Below, one piece after another: positions 1-16,067 of a stretch of DNA of 64,000 bases. The notes under the pieces are model-generated. The model had not been told where the DNA came from. It saw nothing but the letters and a program-made list of their open reading frames with translations, and did not search any database. Made by a program: the position numbers and the translations under genes. How positions within the stretch are numbered: position 1 is the first letter of the stretch; the number at the start of each line of letters is the position of its first letter. Source of the DNA: the human T2T-CHM13v2.0 reference genome, Homo sapiens; the NCBI RefSeq assembly GCF_009914755.1, contig NC_060926.1, one strand, 5' to 3'.

Positions 1-3000
1 ATGTGGGTACCCATGGTAGAGTATTGCCTAAGGAAATGTTGGGAACCAGACCCCCAGAACAGGGAACTGTAGAAATTCCTCCTAGGTCCGGGGGCTGTAT
101 GGAGAAGGGAGGCCACCCAGGGCCAGAAGATGCCCGCAGCCTGTGGAGCTGTGGCCAACCTGGGCCATCTTTGTGTCCAGAGAGCACTTTACCCCACATG
201 TCCCAACACTAGACTGTAAGAAACTCATGCTGTGATTTAAACCAGAAGAGAAAGCCTTTGTCTAGATTCTCTACTTTTGGTGTCACTGAAATAGATGAGA
301 ATCATTTTTTCTTCGATGTGTTTTAAGCTGAAATGTTCCTAGGAATCCTGGTTCACTTTAGTAGATTAAAAAAAAAAAAGCCACTTAGTGCCTAGCTGAC
401 ATGAGATTAATTTCCTCTCCCTCTGTTTTTCAAATCCATGACCAGGAATAGTTTTCCTGTAATGCACAGCACTGACATCTCAAAGCCTGTGCTCCCCCGG
501 TGCACAGAGGTCGGCTATGTGCGTCATTTATACAAGCACTTTCTTCCTAGAGACCGTTTCCAGGCTCAGCCTCCCCACAGCTCAGCCCTCTATTTATACC
601 AGGTGCTGCTTTGAGACAACACAGTCAATGTTTCTCCAGGTGATGGGCCTGGGTCGCCTGGGGAGCAGAGGTGCCTGGGATGAGGCTGTGGCTCTGGTGA
701 GCCTTATGCCCACCATCCCATGAGCAGCCGTGTGTGTGCCCTCAGTGTGGACCACTCTGCCTGAGCCACCATTGCTTGTGAGTTCCTTAATGCAGCCTGG
801 TGTTCCCTGCCTCTCAGGGCAGGCAGGCTGCTCCCTGTCTCAGATACATTTTCCCATGAGATACTGTTTATAAAATACATCTTATTTCTCCTTCAAAACA
901 CAGCTCACAGGTGGTGCCTCCTCCCAGCTCAGGTGCCCTTTGCGTCTGCTCCTACAGGCCCCTTGATGTCTATTTTAATCACTGTTCATTGTCTATCTGC
1001 TCCCCTCTGGGTCCCTCACCTGGCTGCCCTGTGAGTGTCTGGTGCATCTGGATGGAACGTGCAGTATCCCATCCCCAGGTCCCTGGCCATCGGCGAGCTG
1101 AGTCATGATGCCCCCCTGATGTGCTGACTCATGTGCACCTGCCTGCCCACTGCTACTGGGACCCCTGACCTTGCATGCAGCTGTTCTAGGTCAGAGCTCG
1201 CCATGGTCATCTCTCCTGTGCCCTCCTCCGGCGTTCTCTCTCTCAGGAAATGGAGCTGCCCCAGCTGAACCCCGGGCATTCATCCATCTAACTCCTTATC
1301 TCCCAAGTCCCTCCACAGGCCCTTGGGACAAAGAAGCACACTTTCATCCATCCCAACAGCTCCAGGAGCTGTGCCTGTCTCTCCATCCGTCCCCTGAACC
1401 CCGGTTTTGGCTATTTTCATCTCTCTGGACTAGCAGGACAGCTCTCACTGCTGTCCTCACCTCTTCCATCCCCTTCTTCAAGCTAGAGCCAGGAGCGGCA
1501 CAGTGGATGCCTAGATCTCCAGAGCCCCTCTCCTGCTGCTGCTTGGCTCTGTCCTTACAGGGCAGGAAGTCCAGGACATCTGTCCAGCAGGACATGAGAT
1601 CTGGGCCTGGGGGACCAGCTGAGTGCCTGTGAGCATGTGGGCCTTGTGAAGATGACTCTGCCCTGCTGCCCAGTGGCCTTGCACATAACCACAGAGGCCA
1701 CGCAGCCAAAGGCCCACACCACAGCTAATCTGAGGCTTGACAAGACGCCCCGTGGTCCTCCCGGAGAACCAGAGGGTGAAGGCCTGTGAAGAGCTGCTCC
1801 GAGCCCTCTACCCCTTGGAGGCTGTCATGGGGCAGTTTCGCATCACCTCCAAGATTCTGGTGAACTGTGGAGCTTTCAGCCTGTAATCTTCGAGCAGAGC
1901 TGCAGCTGGCGAAGCCGCTCAGCTGCAGTCTGGAACAGGCTTCTCAGGAATGGGACGTCTCCTCCCGTGCTCAGTTTACCCACCCCTTCTGCTTCTCGGT
2001 CATCCTTTTTGGTGTGAGGGACAAAGACTGGGGGAGCTGGTACCTTTGGCCACTCTTCATTGCACCATCTATGTCAATGGTAACCTACCTGAACCTAAAG
2101 TGGCCCCCGTGTCCTCGCTGGCTGGGTGGGCAGTGCTTTGGTCTTAGCTGTGCCTTGGATGGGGCTTTCCTCTATGGAGAAGTGGCCACGTCCCTTTACA
2201 GAGGCAGGTGATGTCCAGGTGCAGCTGGCTTCAGGCAGGGCAGTTTGGAGGGAGGCAGCTCCAGGTACCTTCCTTCTTTATACTACGGTGGCCAACTTCC
2301 TGAGCCAACGATTCTTAAAACACGGGATCCTCATAAGTTCCTAGGCAGCCTGCAGATGGACAAGGCCACAGGACACAGAGAAAAGATCCCCAAAGCCAGA
2401 AAGAGGAGAAAGCTCAGCCTCCTGTCAGCATCAAGGGTTGAATAGGAGCTGCTCATCAGGAGCATGAGCTGGCCCTGCTCTGACCACTGATTTTTTCCAA
2501 ATGAGTGCAGAGCCTGAGATCATGTAGGGAAAGTCCCAGATAGGATTTTAATGTAACTGTGGGGCACCACTGAGCTTAACCAGACTTGTTAGGTGCTTGC
2601 TAGGCTACCTCTACCACTACGGGTAGAAGGAGTTGGACACTTGTAAGAGAAGTGTCTGGTAGGAGCCCAGCATAGACCCTTGAACATTCCTCTGTGCTGG
2701 CTGATGGGCAGTGTCAGGCAATGGTAGTGTGACAATATCTACAGGGCCAAGCAATGCTGTTGTAGGCGGTGGTATGCAGCTCAGCCCGTGTGTTATCAGG
2801 GCAGCAGCATGCAGGACCCAGGCTTTTCCTGATGCTGGTGACTGAGGGTCATTGAGCCAACTATGACCTTCAGTTGCAGTCTCCTGGGCATGTTTATAAA
2901 CAAAGACACCCAGGTCACACCCCCAGGCATCCTGATGTCATGGCTCTGCCATATGGTCTGGTGCTCCCCAGGATTCCAATGGTGGCAGGGGCTGAGAAAC

Positions 3001-3578
3001 ATGGCCTCTGGAGCCATCGGCCCCTGGGGCTGTCCCCTCCTCAGTTCTTCCCACATCTGCTTTCGGCTCCTCCTGGGAGCCAGAAGCAATGTTTCTTCCT
3101 GTGCTGGGACAGAACGCCTACACCAGCTTCAGTGCCCCTCTCCTCCATTACTTGCAGTAAAGTCCAGCTCATCATGCAGGACTCACTTACTCCAAGAAGC
3201 CTTCTCTTGACCAGCACCGCGTGTTTGGTTGTTTTATTATTGACATGGTTGGTGTTTTCTAAAAAGTAGCCTACTGTGTTTGGCCCTGGCCTTTTAATAC
3301 AGAACAGAGGACCAAAAATGAATGCCTGAGAGTTTATGAATTGGCTAGAGCTTGTGCTGGGGCTTATGCAGGAATGTACTGAAACTTCACTAACATTTCT
3401 AGAAGAGAACACTCATACTAAATCCTAACCCTGTGCAGTTTTCTTTGTAAACATTTATACAAATGTGTCTCCTAACGAAGTGGCATAATTTGCTAACACG
3501 TTTGTCCTTCCTAATTAAAAGCCAGCAGATGCTTTATGGTAATAAGTAAAATATGAGACTTCATTAGGGATATTCTTG

Positions 3579-3582
<4 letters not shown>

Positions 3583-3611
<29 letters not shown>
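3583..3611. repeat. (TG)n microsatellite
   Basis: Uninterrupted TG dinucleotide run. Confidence 0.95.
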
Positions 3612-3613
<2 letters not shown>

Positions 3614-4914
3614 CATTAAAGTCTACAGTGTACCTGTTGAAATGTTAGAAGGATTATTTTGTCTTCATTATCTAGTTTCATAGGATTTTTTTTTCAATCT
3701 TTCAACACACACTAACTTTATCCTTAATATTTACTACTAGTAGTATTATCACTTATTGGTCACCTACCATAGTGAAATCAGTGTATTTGTTTTTCTCTTA
3801 AGTTTCACAACAAACACTGCGAATAAATTGTTACTTCCATTTTACCAGTGAGGATACTTAGAATCAGCAAAGTTAACCAAACATTATTCAAGATTACAGA
3901 GTCCAACCTGAGGTATGGACCCAGACATGGCTGATTCCAAAGCCTTTCTCTTTCTATCACTCTGTTTTGCCTCTGAATTTTAATTACACTGATAATAATT
4001 AGCATTTATTGCTAGGTAAAAGCACAATGCGAGGTTCTAAAGACCTTATGAGAAAAACCAAAACATGCTTTAAAGTTTATGTGGAGAATTGGTTGTACTG
4101 TCCGCCCCCCTCCCCCACCTCCTAGGAAACAGACATGAGAAAAATACTACAGAGTACGAATAGTATTCATTTCTGGGGGACAGGTTAAGAGTGACTTTTA
4201 TTTTCTTCTTTATCTCTTTTCCTACTTTCCAAAGTTTATAATATAGATGTGTATTGTTTTGGTCTGAGAAACAATAAATAAAATTTGATGCAAACATCCC
4301 TTAGAGAGGAAATGGGCATGGCGTGGTTCAGGGGTTCTCCAACAGTCCCAGTTGACAGTGTGTCGTGTGTCATAGGAGCTGGGAGAAACCCAAGGTGGGA
4401 CTGCGGAGCTGGAGGACAGGTGTGTTCCTAGAGGAGGTCGGTGGGTGTGGAAGAATGCGGAGGGGCAGTTAGGAGGCAGAGGGGATGTGAGGAGACAGCC
4501 AGGCAGGGGCCTGAGGGGAGGGTGTCACAGGAGGAGGAAGACTAGTGGGGAGGGAGTTCCTCTGGCCCTGATGGCCAAGCCAGGGCCCCTCAAGGCTGTA
4601 TCTTGCGATACATGAATAGCTGTGTGTGTCCTTGCTGGACTTGGGTGGTCTCCTACTTGATTTACTTAATTTATTTGTCAACATTTGCTTAGTCTTTTAT
4701 ATTTATGGTAAAGCATCAATTCCCAACATTTTCTAGAATAAGAACCCCTGCGTGTTGGTAGCACACTTCCCTGTGGTTAGCAAAGGAATGACTAAGTGGA
4801 CACTTTAGCAAATGAGAAAGTGCACCTGGCTCCACAGAAGCACCTACCTTGTGCACATTAGCATTATTGTCAACACCAGGGCCTTGCTTCTTTCATGACA
4901 CCAGTCTCTCAACG

Positions 4915-5285
4915 GAAGAAGCCTTGAGGCAAAACCCTTGACTAGCTAGACTCTTGAGTCTGGGAACGCTTGTCTCTGCCCTAGCCAGGAGCAGGGCTCG
5001 CCTGTGGGGCCCCAGCCTGCTTGAGGTTGCATTTGGTGCCTGGCATGAAGTTTGTCCACAGTCACCAGGGAGTAGTGAAGAGAAGGGTGCAGAACGCAGG
5101 ACCCTCTTCAATCAGAGATCCTGAGGCCTCCTTGCTTGTCCTCTCACTGGCAGTCTGGCTGCCAGGCTCTGCCCCTCCTTCCCTACCTGGCTTTTTGGCA
5201 CTTTCAACCTCTTCTTCAACCTGAAAAATCTCCTTGGCCTTGATAATTTCCTTGTCTGACATCTCAAGACTGCCTTCTCCCATCT
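4915..5285. repeat. Left arm (template copy) of a long inverted repeat
   Basis: Its reverse complement aligns to 5707-6012. The ORF track shows near-identical peptides on opposite strands (5062..5283 - and 5667..5981 +). Confidence 0.95.
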
Positions 5286-5657
5286 ATCTGTATCACATTC
5301 CTGTTCCTGGGGCCTCTGGGACAGGGCTGATCGATTCCTGATCGTGCTCCTGGATGTCTTTGGAAAGAGCAGCCAAGGAGGCAGTAGGGGCAGAGCTTTG
5401 TGCATTTTTGAGGCCATGGGCATAGTGGGTAGAAAAGGGAAGAATCAGGGCTGGAGATGGAGACAGGTGGAGCCCAGGTGATCCCAGAGCTTCTGGTGTT
5501 TGGATCAGCCAGCCACAGAGCTTGACAGTCCCCATCACTGGTAATGATATAGGGATGAGGCAGGAAGGACAGGATCAGCCTTCTTGTATATGAGTGCTTT
5601 ATATACACCACTCCACTTCCACATGACTTCTGGAATTCCAGCAAGAAGCAATATCTG

Positions 5658-6300
5658 GACCTGGGCGTGGTGGCTCATGCCTATAATCCCAGCACTTCAG
5701 GAAGCCAGATGGGAGAAGGTAGGCTTGAGGTGTCAGATGCGGAAATTATCAAGGCCAAGGAGATTTTTCAGGTTGAAGAAGAGGTTGAAAGTGCCAAAAA
5801 GTCAGGTAGAGAAGAAGGGGCAGAGCCTGGCAGCCAGACTGCCAGTGAGAGGACAAGCAAGGGGACCTCAGGATCTCTGATTGAAGGGGAGGGTCCTGCA
5901 TTCTGCACCCCTCTCTTCCATATGCCCTGGTGTCCGTGGACAAGCTTCATGCCAGGCATAAAGCCTGCCTCAAGAGTCTAGCTAGTTAAGGGTTTTGTTT
6001 CAAGGCTTTTTTTCAAGGCAGGAGGATCATTTGAGGTGATCCAGTTTGAGACCAGCCTGGGCAGCCTACCAAGTCCCTGCCTCTACAAAAAATTTAAAAA
6101 AATAGTGAGGTGTTGTGGTGCACACCTGTAGTCCCAGCTACTCGGGAGGCTGAGGCAGGAGGATCACTTGAACACAGGAGGTCAAGGCTACAGCGAGCTA
6201 TGATCATGCATCCCTGCCTCTGGTGACAGAGTGAGATCCCCACCCCTATCAAAAACAAACAACAAACAACAACAACAACAACAACAAAAGCAACAGAAAA
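5658..6300 (+). mobile_element. AluJ split by a ~305-bp insertion (5658-5706 plus 6014-6300)
   Basis: Alu head ctgggcgtggtggctcatgcctataatcccagcacttcaggaagcc resumes as caaggcaggaggatc at 6014. J-type right arm (caggaggtcaaggctacag), (CAA)n tail, degenerate TSD aagaagcaatatct / aagaatcaatact. Confidence 0.9.
5707..6012. repeat. Right arm (derived inverted copy) inserted inside an AluJ
   Basis: About 92% identical to the left arm by hand alignment, with a 61-bp perfect stretch at 5741-5801. It lacks the 67 bp bounded by CTTGAG direct repeats (4953 and 5020) in the left arm. Confidence 0.93.
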
Positions 6301-7554
6301 GAAGAAGAATCAATACTTGTGCATGGAAAAAGAGTAAAAATGATGCAGCAAAAGTGATGGAAACACTCAACAGAATATCAGCTCAAGGTTCATGCCATTG
6401 AAATACTTGTTTTTATGGGTAGGTTTTTGAGGGATGACACCTAAATTCACATTTTGTATCATACATGTTACTCTATAGGTAAATAATTATCTACCGAATG
6501 AGTTAATGAATGAATAAATGACTGAAGGAGTTGACAAGTTGGAGGACAGATTGGTTTGGTAGCATGACTCAGTGGAAATGGGAAGCAGAAACGTTGGGAC
6601 TGTCTTCACAGACATCATCTTCTTCATTATCATCATCACCACTGTTTCCTAGTCCTCTGCCATTTCCCAAGGGCTCACCTTTGGCATCACTGAGTTGACA
6701 GAAGGGGCATGGCTAGAGATCTGGTGGGCCCCTTTCGTCACCCCCTGAGCCTCACCTCCCTCAATGAGAAAAGAAGATCATGTGTTCACAGTGGTTTTCA
6801 CGAGACTTGGCCCATAAAGTTCTCAATAAATACTAAACTTAAGACACCATTTTATCATTCTGGCAATCTGCTTTTTTCTGCACTTCAGAACCCTTCCCCA
6901 GTAAGCTTTTTTGGGTTAAGTTTGTACATGACCTTGAGGAAGTTAGGAAAATATCTTCTCTGGAACCCTTGGTCAAAGCTAGTAACTGGGTAGAAAAATT
7001 ATCTTCCATCTCAATGTATTAGGGAAAAATTCGAAACATCATTTGAAACATGAGAAGTCTTTTGCCTGTAAAGCTCTAGAATTCTAATAAGATGTTAAAT
7101 CTATTTTAAAAGACAACATTAAACATTTAAGACAAAACTCATCCTTTATAATGAAGAATGAGCAGGGGAATTCAGTCAATTCAACTTGATTCAATTTACT
7201 CTGTATTTCATGAACTTCTACTGGGAGGAGGGTGGTTCAAGGGAAGTTAAAAAAAAAAAAAAAGAAGACCTTGTTTCCTAGGAGCTTCTGTGAAGAACTG
7301 GTGAGAGGGAGGGACTTCTGAGATGCGTTGGATTTAATTCCAGCAGCTGCTGCAGTGGATGGCCGGGTCACTCACCAGGGATGTAGCTCAATCGCCTCAT
7401 TTTCTAAACCCCCAGGTCTCTGGGTAAACCACTAGAGTCCCCACACAGATTCCACGCAGCAACAGTACCCACCCCTGAGATTCTGAGTAGATAGAGAAAA
7501 TATGGGAAGCAAGGTATGTGTGAGGCTCACTAAGACAGAATTCATTCTCCTTTA

Positions 7555-7790
7555 ATCATTTATTGAACACCTTCTGTTTTCTAGGCACGGGTCTAGGGTT
7601 GATATCAGGACATACAGCAGTGGACAAAACAAATCATTGTTTTCGTGGAGTTTAGAATTTACTGGGGAAGACACATAAGTAAGTAAAATACATGCCATTT
7701 TCAATATCTAAAAATGCCAAAGAGCAAACAGGGAGTGTAGGAGGGACAGGAGGTGTTTGCAGGTGTCATGAAATTCTAGAAGGGCAGACA
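7555..7790 (-). mobile_element. L2 3' fragment
   Basis: tcatttattgaacacc...ctaggcac resembles a reverse-complemented L2 tail. Confidence 0.55.
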
Positions 7791-7796
7791 GGGAAG

Positions 7797-8233
7797 TGTG
7801 GTAGGCTGGGTAATGGTCCCCAAAGATGGCTGTGTCTTAATCCCTGGACCTGTGGGTGTGTCACTTCATGCGGCCAAAAGGACTCTGGAGATTTTGAGAT
7901 GGGGGAATTATCCTGGATTATCAAGGTAGGAACTAAAAGCCATCAGCAGGGTCCTTTTGTATGAGTGAGGAAAGAGGGTTAATGGGGGCAAAGGCAGTGA
8001 TGTGATGTTGGAAGCAGAGACTGGAGAGAGGTGGCTGCAGGCAAAAAATGCCAGCAGCCTGCAGACGCTGGAACAGCCTCCAGAAACAGCAGCCCAGCCA
8101 ACACCTTGACTTTATTCCTTTAAAACCCTTTCAACTTCTAACTTCGTGGTTTTAAGCAACAAGAGCGAATAAATTTGTGGTTTTAAGCCACAACATTTGT
8201 AAGAATTTCTTACAATAGGAACAGAAAACTCAC
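7797..8233 (+). mobile_element. MaLR solo LTR (MLT1D-like)
   Basis: tgtggtaggc..taatggtccccaaagatg start, gagattttgagatgggg core, ttttaagccac and aacagaaaactcaca end. Confidence 0.75.
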
Positions 8234-8394
8234 AGGAGGGCTCACTGAGAAGGTGCAATTTGAGTAACTATCTGATGAAGCAAAAACGTGAGCTGGATAG
8301 AGGCAAAGAGCCTGAGCAAAACCATGCCTGGCGGGTGGAGGAGCAGTCCAGGAGCCAGTGTGAGGAAAAGAAGTGAGCTTGGATCTCATAGCAT

Positions 8395-9745
8395 TGCTTC
8401 TTTATTTGCATACGTTTAAGGGGTGCAGGTGCAGTTTTATTACATGGATCCACTGTGTTGTGGTGAAGTCTGGGCTTTCAGTGCAACTATCACCTGGACA
8501 GTGTACATTGTACCCACTCAGTAATTACTCATCTCCCTCACCTTTCCAGCCTCCAGTGTTTACTATTCCATACTCTAAGTCCATGTGTACACATTATTTA
8601 GCTCCCACTTATTTTTTTTTAATTTTTAATTTTTGTTTTTGAGATGGAGTTTCTCTCTTGCTGCCCAGGCTGGAGTGTGATGGCGTGATCTCGGCTCACT
8701 GCAATCTCCGCCTCTGAGGTGCAAGTGATTCTCCTGTCTCAGCCTCCCAAGTATCTCGGATTACAGGCATGCACCACCATGCCTGGCTAATTTTTTTGTG
8801 TGTTTAGTAGAGACGGGGCTTCACCATGTTGGCCAGGCTGGTCGCAAACTCCTGACCTCAGGTGATCCACCCGCCTTGGCATCCCACAGTGCTGGGATTA
8901 CAGGTGTGCGTCTCACTTATAAGTGAGACATGTGATATTTGCTTTTCTGTTTCCAAGTTATTTCACTTAAGATAATGGCCTCCAGTTCCACTTGTGTTGC
9001 TGCAAAAAACATGATTTCATTTTTTTATGGCTGAATAGTATTCCATGGTGTCTATGTATCACATTTTCTTTATCCAATCATCCATTGATGGACACTTAGA
9101 TTGACTGCACATCTTTGTTAGTGTTAATAGAGCTGCAATAAACATATTAGTACAAGTGTCTTTTTGATATAATGATTTCTTTTCTTTTGGGTAGATACCC
9201 AGTAATGGGACTGCTGGATCAAATGGTAGTTCTATTTTTAGTTCTTCGAGAAATCCTCATACGGTTTTCCAAAGAGGCTGTACTCATTTACATTCCCACC
9301 AACAATATGTAAGTGTTCCTTTTTCTCCGCATCCTTGACAACATCTATGATTTTTTGTCTTTTTAATAATAGTCATTTTGACTGGTGTAAGATGATACCT
9401 CATTGTGGCTTTAATTTGCATTTCTTTGATGATTAGTGATGCTGAGCACTTGTGCTTGTTGGCTGCCTGTATATCTTCTTTTGAAAAACATCTATTCATG
9501 TCCTTTGCCCACTTTTTAATGGGGTTATTTTATTTTCTATAGAGTTGTTTGAGTTCCTTATAAATTCTGGATATCAGTCCCCTGTTGGATGATGCATAGT
9601 TTGCAAATATTTTCTCCCATTCTGCTGGTTGTCTGTTCACTCTGTTGATTATTATTATTATTTTTTGCTTGCAGAAGCTTTTCAGTTTAATTAAGTCCCA
9701 TTCGTCTATTTTTGTTTTTGTTGCTTGTGCTTTTGAGGTACAGGT
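8395..9745 (-). mobile_element. L1MA-type 3' end (ORF2 C-terminus plus 3' UTR), interrupted by an Alu
   Basis: ORF 9284..9499 ([11 protein letters not shown]...[22 protein letters not shown]) is a degenerate L1 ORF2 CCHC region. Confidence 0.85.
8613..8908 (-). mobile_element. AluS (Sx-like)
   Basis: Antisense Alu with cctgacctcaggtgatcc; flanking cacttat repeat as TSD. Confidence 0.9.
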
Positions 9746-9749
9746 CTAT

Positions 9750-13518
<3,769 letters not shown>

Positions 13519-15030
13519 TGTGATATAATACAAATATATGCTTAGTTTCTGCCACCCAGTTCCTGGCACAGAGCTCCCCAAATCCTGGTAGATAGGGGTG
13601 CTAAAAAAACCTTTCATTTTCACATTTGACCTTTGACTCCAGTTCTCACACAGAACTCAGAAACTTTGTGATTTCCTGAGTGATAGGAGCATCTGATACA
13701 CTGCTCCCAAATCCCTTGGGATTTCCTGGGTAATAGGAGCATCTTTTGTTGTAATGAGGCCACTCTCAGTATTACCCATACCCTGGGTTCTTGTAATCTC
13801 CCAGGAAATCAAGAGAGATCACCAGACATAGCTGTAAAGAGAAATTTTATTTAGCTTGTGCACAAGGGAGCCAGCACAACAAAAGAAGGGTGGGCTGCTC
13901 CCTGAAGGTAGTATGTGGGTTAGCATTATAGGGTTTTTCTACAGGGAAAGGTTTCATTAGGGCATGTGTAAGGTTTTTTGTTTTTTTTTTTTTTTTTAGT
14001 GCTTGCTCAGTGGCTCAATGTGCTTCTTTATACATTGCATGTATCCCTAGCATTTTCTATCTCCACACCTGGGTGTGATTTTTAGCATTAAAATGAGGAA
14101 AGAGTAACTATAAGTTGAAGTTTAAGTGTAATGGCACATGTGAGGCCCCAGGGAAGTCCATAGCCCCCTAAAGCAGGAACTTGTGGCTAGCAGCTTCTTG
14201 GATCTGTTGTTGCTGATTGATTGGAAGTTAGGTAAGCTACAGCTTGAGTAAGGGGCTTTGGTTCTTTTGCTTTAAAGCACATCAAAACAGGAAACCAGCC
14301 AGCCTGCCTGTATCATTGGTGGGCTCAGGATAAAGTCTAGCTGCCAGGGAAATCAACCATGTGATCAGAGGGTTAAAACTTTCAGCCCTACCCCCTGACC
14401 TCCAGGCAAGGGAGAGGGGCTGAAGTTTGAGTTGATTACCAATGGGCAATGATTTAATCAATCAGTCAATCATGCCTGTGTCACAAAGTCTCCATAAAAA
14501 CCCAAAAGGACAGTTTGGAGAGCTTCCCAGCAGCTGCTGTGGGGTGGCATGCCTAGAAACGGCATGGAAGTTCTGCATCCCTTCCTCCATACCTCACCTT
14601 ATGTACCTCTTCCGACTGGCTGCTCATCTGTGTCCTCTGTGATATCCTTTATAATAAATAGGAAAATGTAAGTGAAGTGTTTTTGAGTTCTGTGAGCCAC
14701 TCCAGCAAATTAGGTGAACCCCAGGAGAGGTGTGCAGGAATCCCGATTGATAGCAAGTTGTCCAGAAGTACAGTCACAACTGGAGCTTACAATTGGCATC
14801 TGAAATGAGGGGTAGTCTTGTGGGACTGAACCCTCAATCTGTGGGATCCAATACTATCTACAGGTAGGTAGCATCCAAATTATATTGAATGTGAGGACAC
14901 CCAGCTTGTGTCCACTGAAGACCTCCTTTGTGTGTAGGAAAAAATCCCCACATCTGGCATCAATAGATGTGAGTATGAGTGGTGTATGAGAGCAGGAAAA
15001 GCAGTTTATTTTTCTTTTCTTTTTTCTTTG
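13519..15030 (+). mobile_element. MER21-like LTR with a second LTR nested inside
   Basis: cccagttcctggcacagagctcc, atttcctgagtgataggagc, aaccatgtgatcagaggg and ggcatctgaaatgagggg motifs. Confidence 0.7.
13768..14315 (-). mobile_element. ERV-type solo LTR nested in MER21 (family not assigned)
   Basis: Interrupts MER21 collinearity; minus strand begins TGATACAGGCAGGCTGG and carries an AATAAA. Confidence 0.55.
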
Positions 15031-16067
15031 TAAATTAAAAAACTGAAAGATTAGGGGAGGTTCCAAGATGGCCAAATAGGAACAGCTCCAGTCTACAGCT
15101 CCCAGCGTGAGCGACGCAGAAGACGGGTGATTTCTGCATTTCCAACTGAGGTACCGGGTTCATCTCACTGGGGCTTGTCAGACAGTGGGTGCAGTGCACC
15201 GAGCATGAGCTGAAGCAGGGCGAGGCGTCACTTCACCCAGGAAGCGCAAGAGTCCAGGGAATTCCCTTTCATAGGCAACTGAAGCTGTGACAGATGGCAC
15301 CTGGAAAATCTGGTCATTTCCACCCTAATACTGCACTTTTCCAATGGTCTTAGCAAACGGCACACCAGGAGATTATATCCTGTGCTTGGCTCAGAGGGTC
15401 CTACGCCCACAGACCCTCACTCTTTGCTAGCACAGCAGTCTGAGATCGAACTGCAAGGTGGCAGTGAGGCTGGGGGAGGGGCATCCACCATTGCTGAGGC
15501 TTGAGTAGGTAAACAAAGTGGCCAGGAAGCTCGAATTGGGTGGAGCCCACGATAGCTCAAGGAGGCCTGCCTGCCTCTGTAGACTCCACCTCTGGGGGCA
15601 GGGCATAGCCAAACAAAAGGCAGCAGAAACCTCTGCAGACTTAAATGTCCCTGTCTGACAGCTTTGAAGAGAGTAGTGGTTCTCCCAGCACAGAGTTTGA
15701 GATCTGAGAATGGACAGACTGCCTCTTCAAGTGGGTCCCTGACCCCCGAGTAGCCTATCTGGGAGGCACCCCCCAGTAGGGGCAGACTGACCCCTCACAC
15801 GGCCAGGTAACCCTCTGAGACGAAACCTCCAGAAGAATGATCAGACAGCAACATTTGCTGTTCAGCAATATTCACTGTTCTGCAGCCTCTGCTGCTGATA
15901 CCTAGGCAAACAGGGTCTGGAGTGGACCTCCAGCAAACTCCAACAGACCTGCAGCAGAGGGTCCTGACTGTTAAAAGGAAAACTAACAAACAGAAAGGAC
16001 ATCCATCCCAAAACCCCATCTGTATGTCATCATCATTAAAAGACCAAAGGTAGATAAAACCACAAAG

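Noticed and set aside
1-3300. Numerous 60-150 aa ORFs in GC-rich unique DNA
   Set aside because: They overlap on both strands, with no recognisable domain or consistent exon structure; expected by chance.
4915-6012. Inverted repeat as the TIRs of a DNA transposon or as a pre-miRNA
   Set aside because: No TSD around the pair, one arm sits inside an Alu, and the 421-nt spacer is too long for a pre-miRNA loop.
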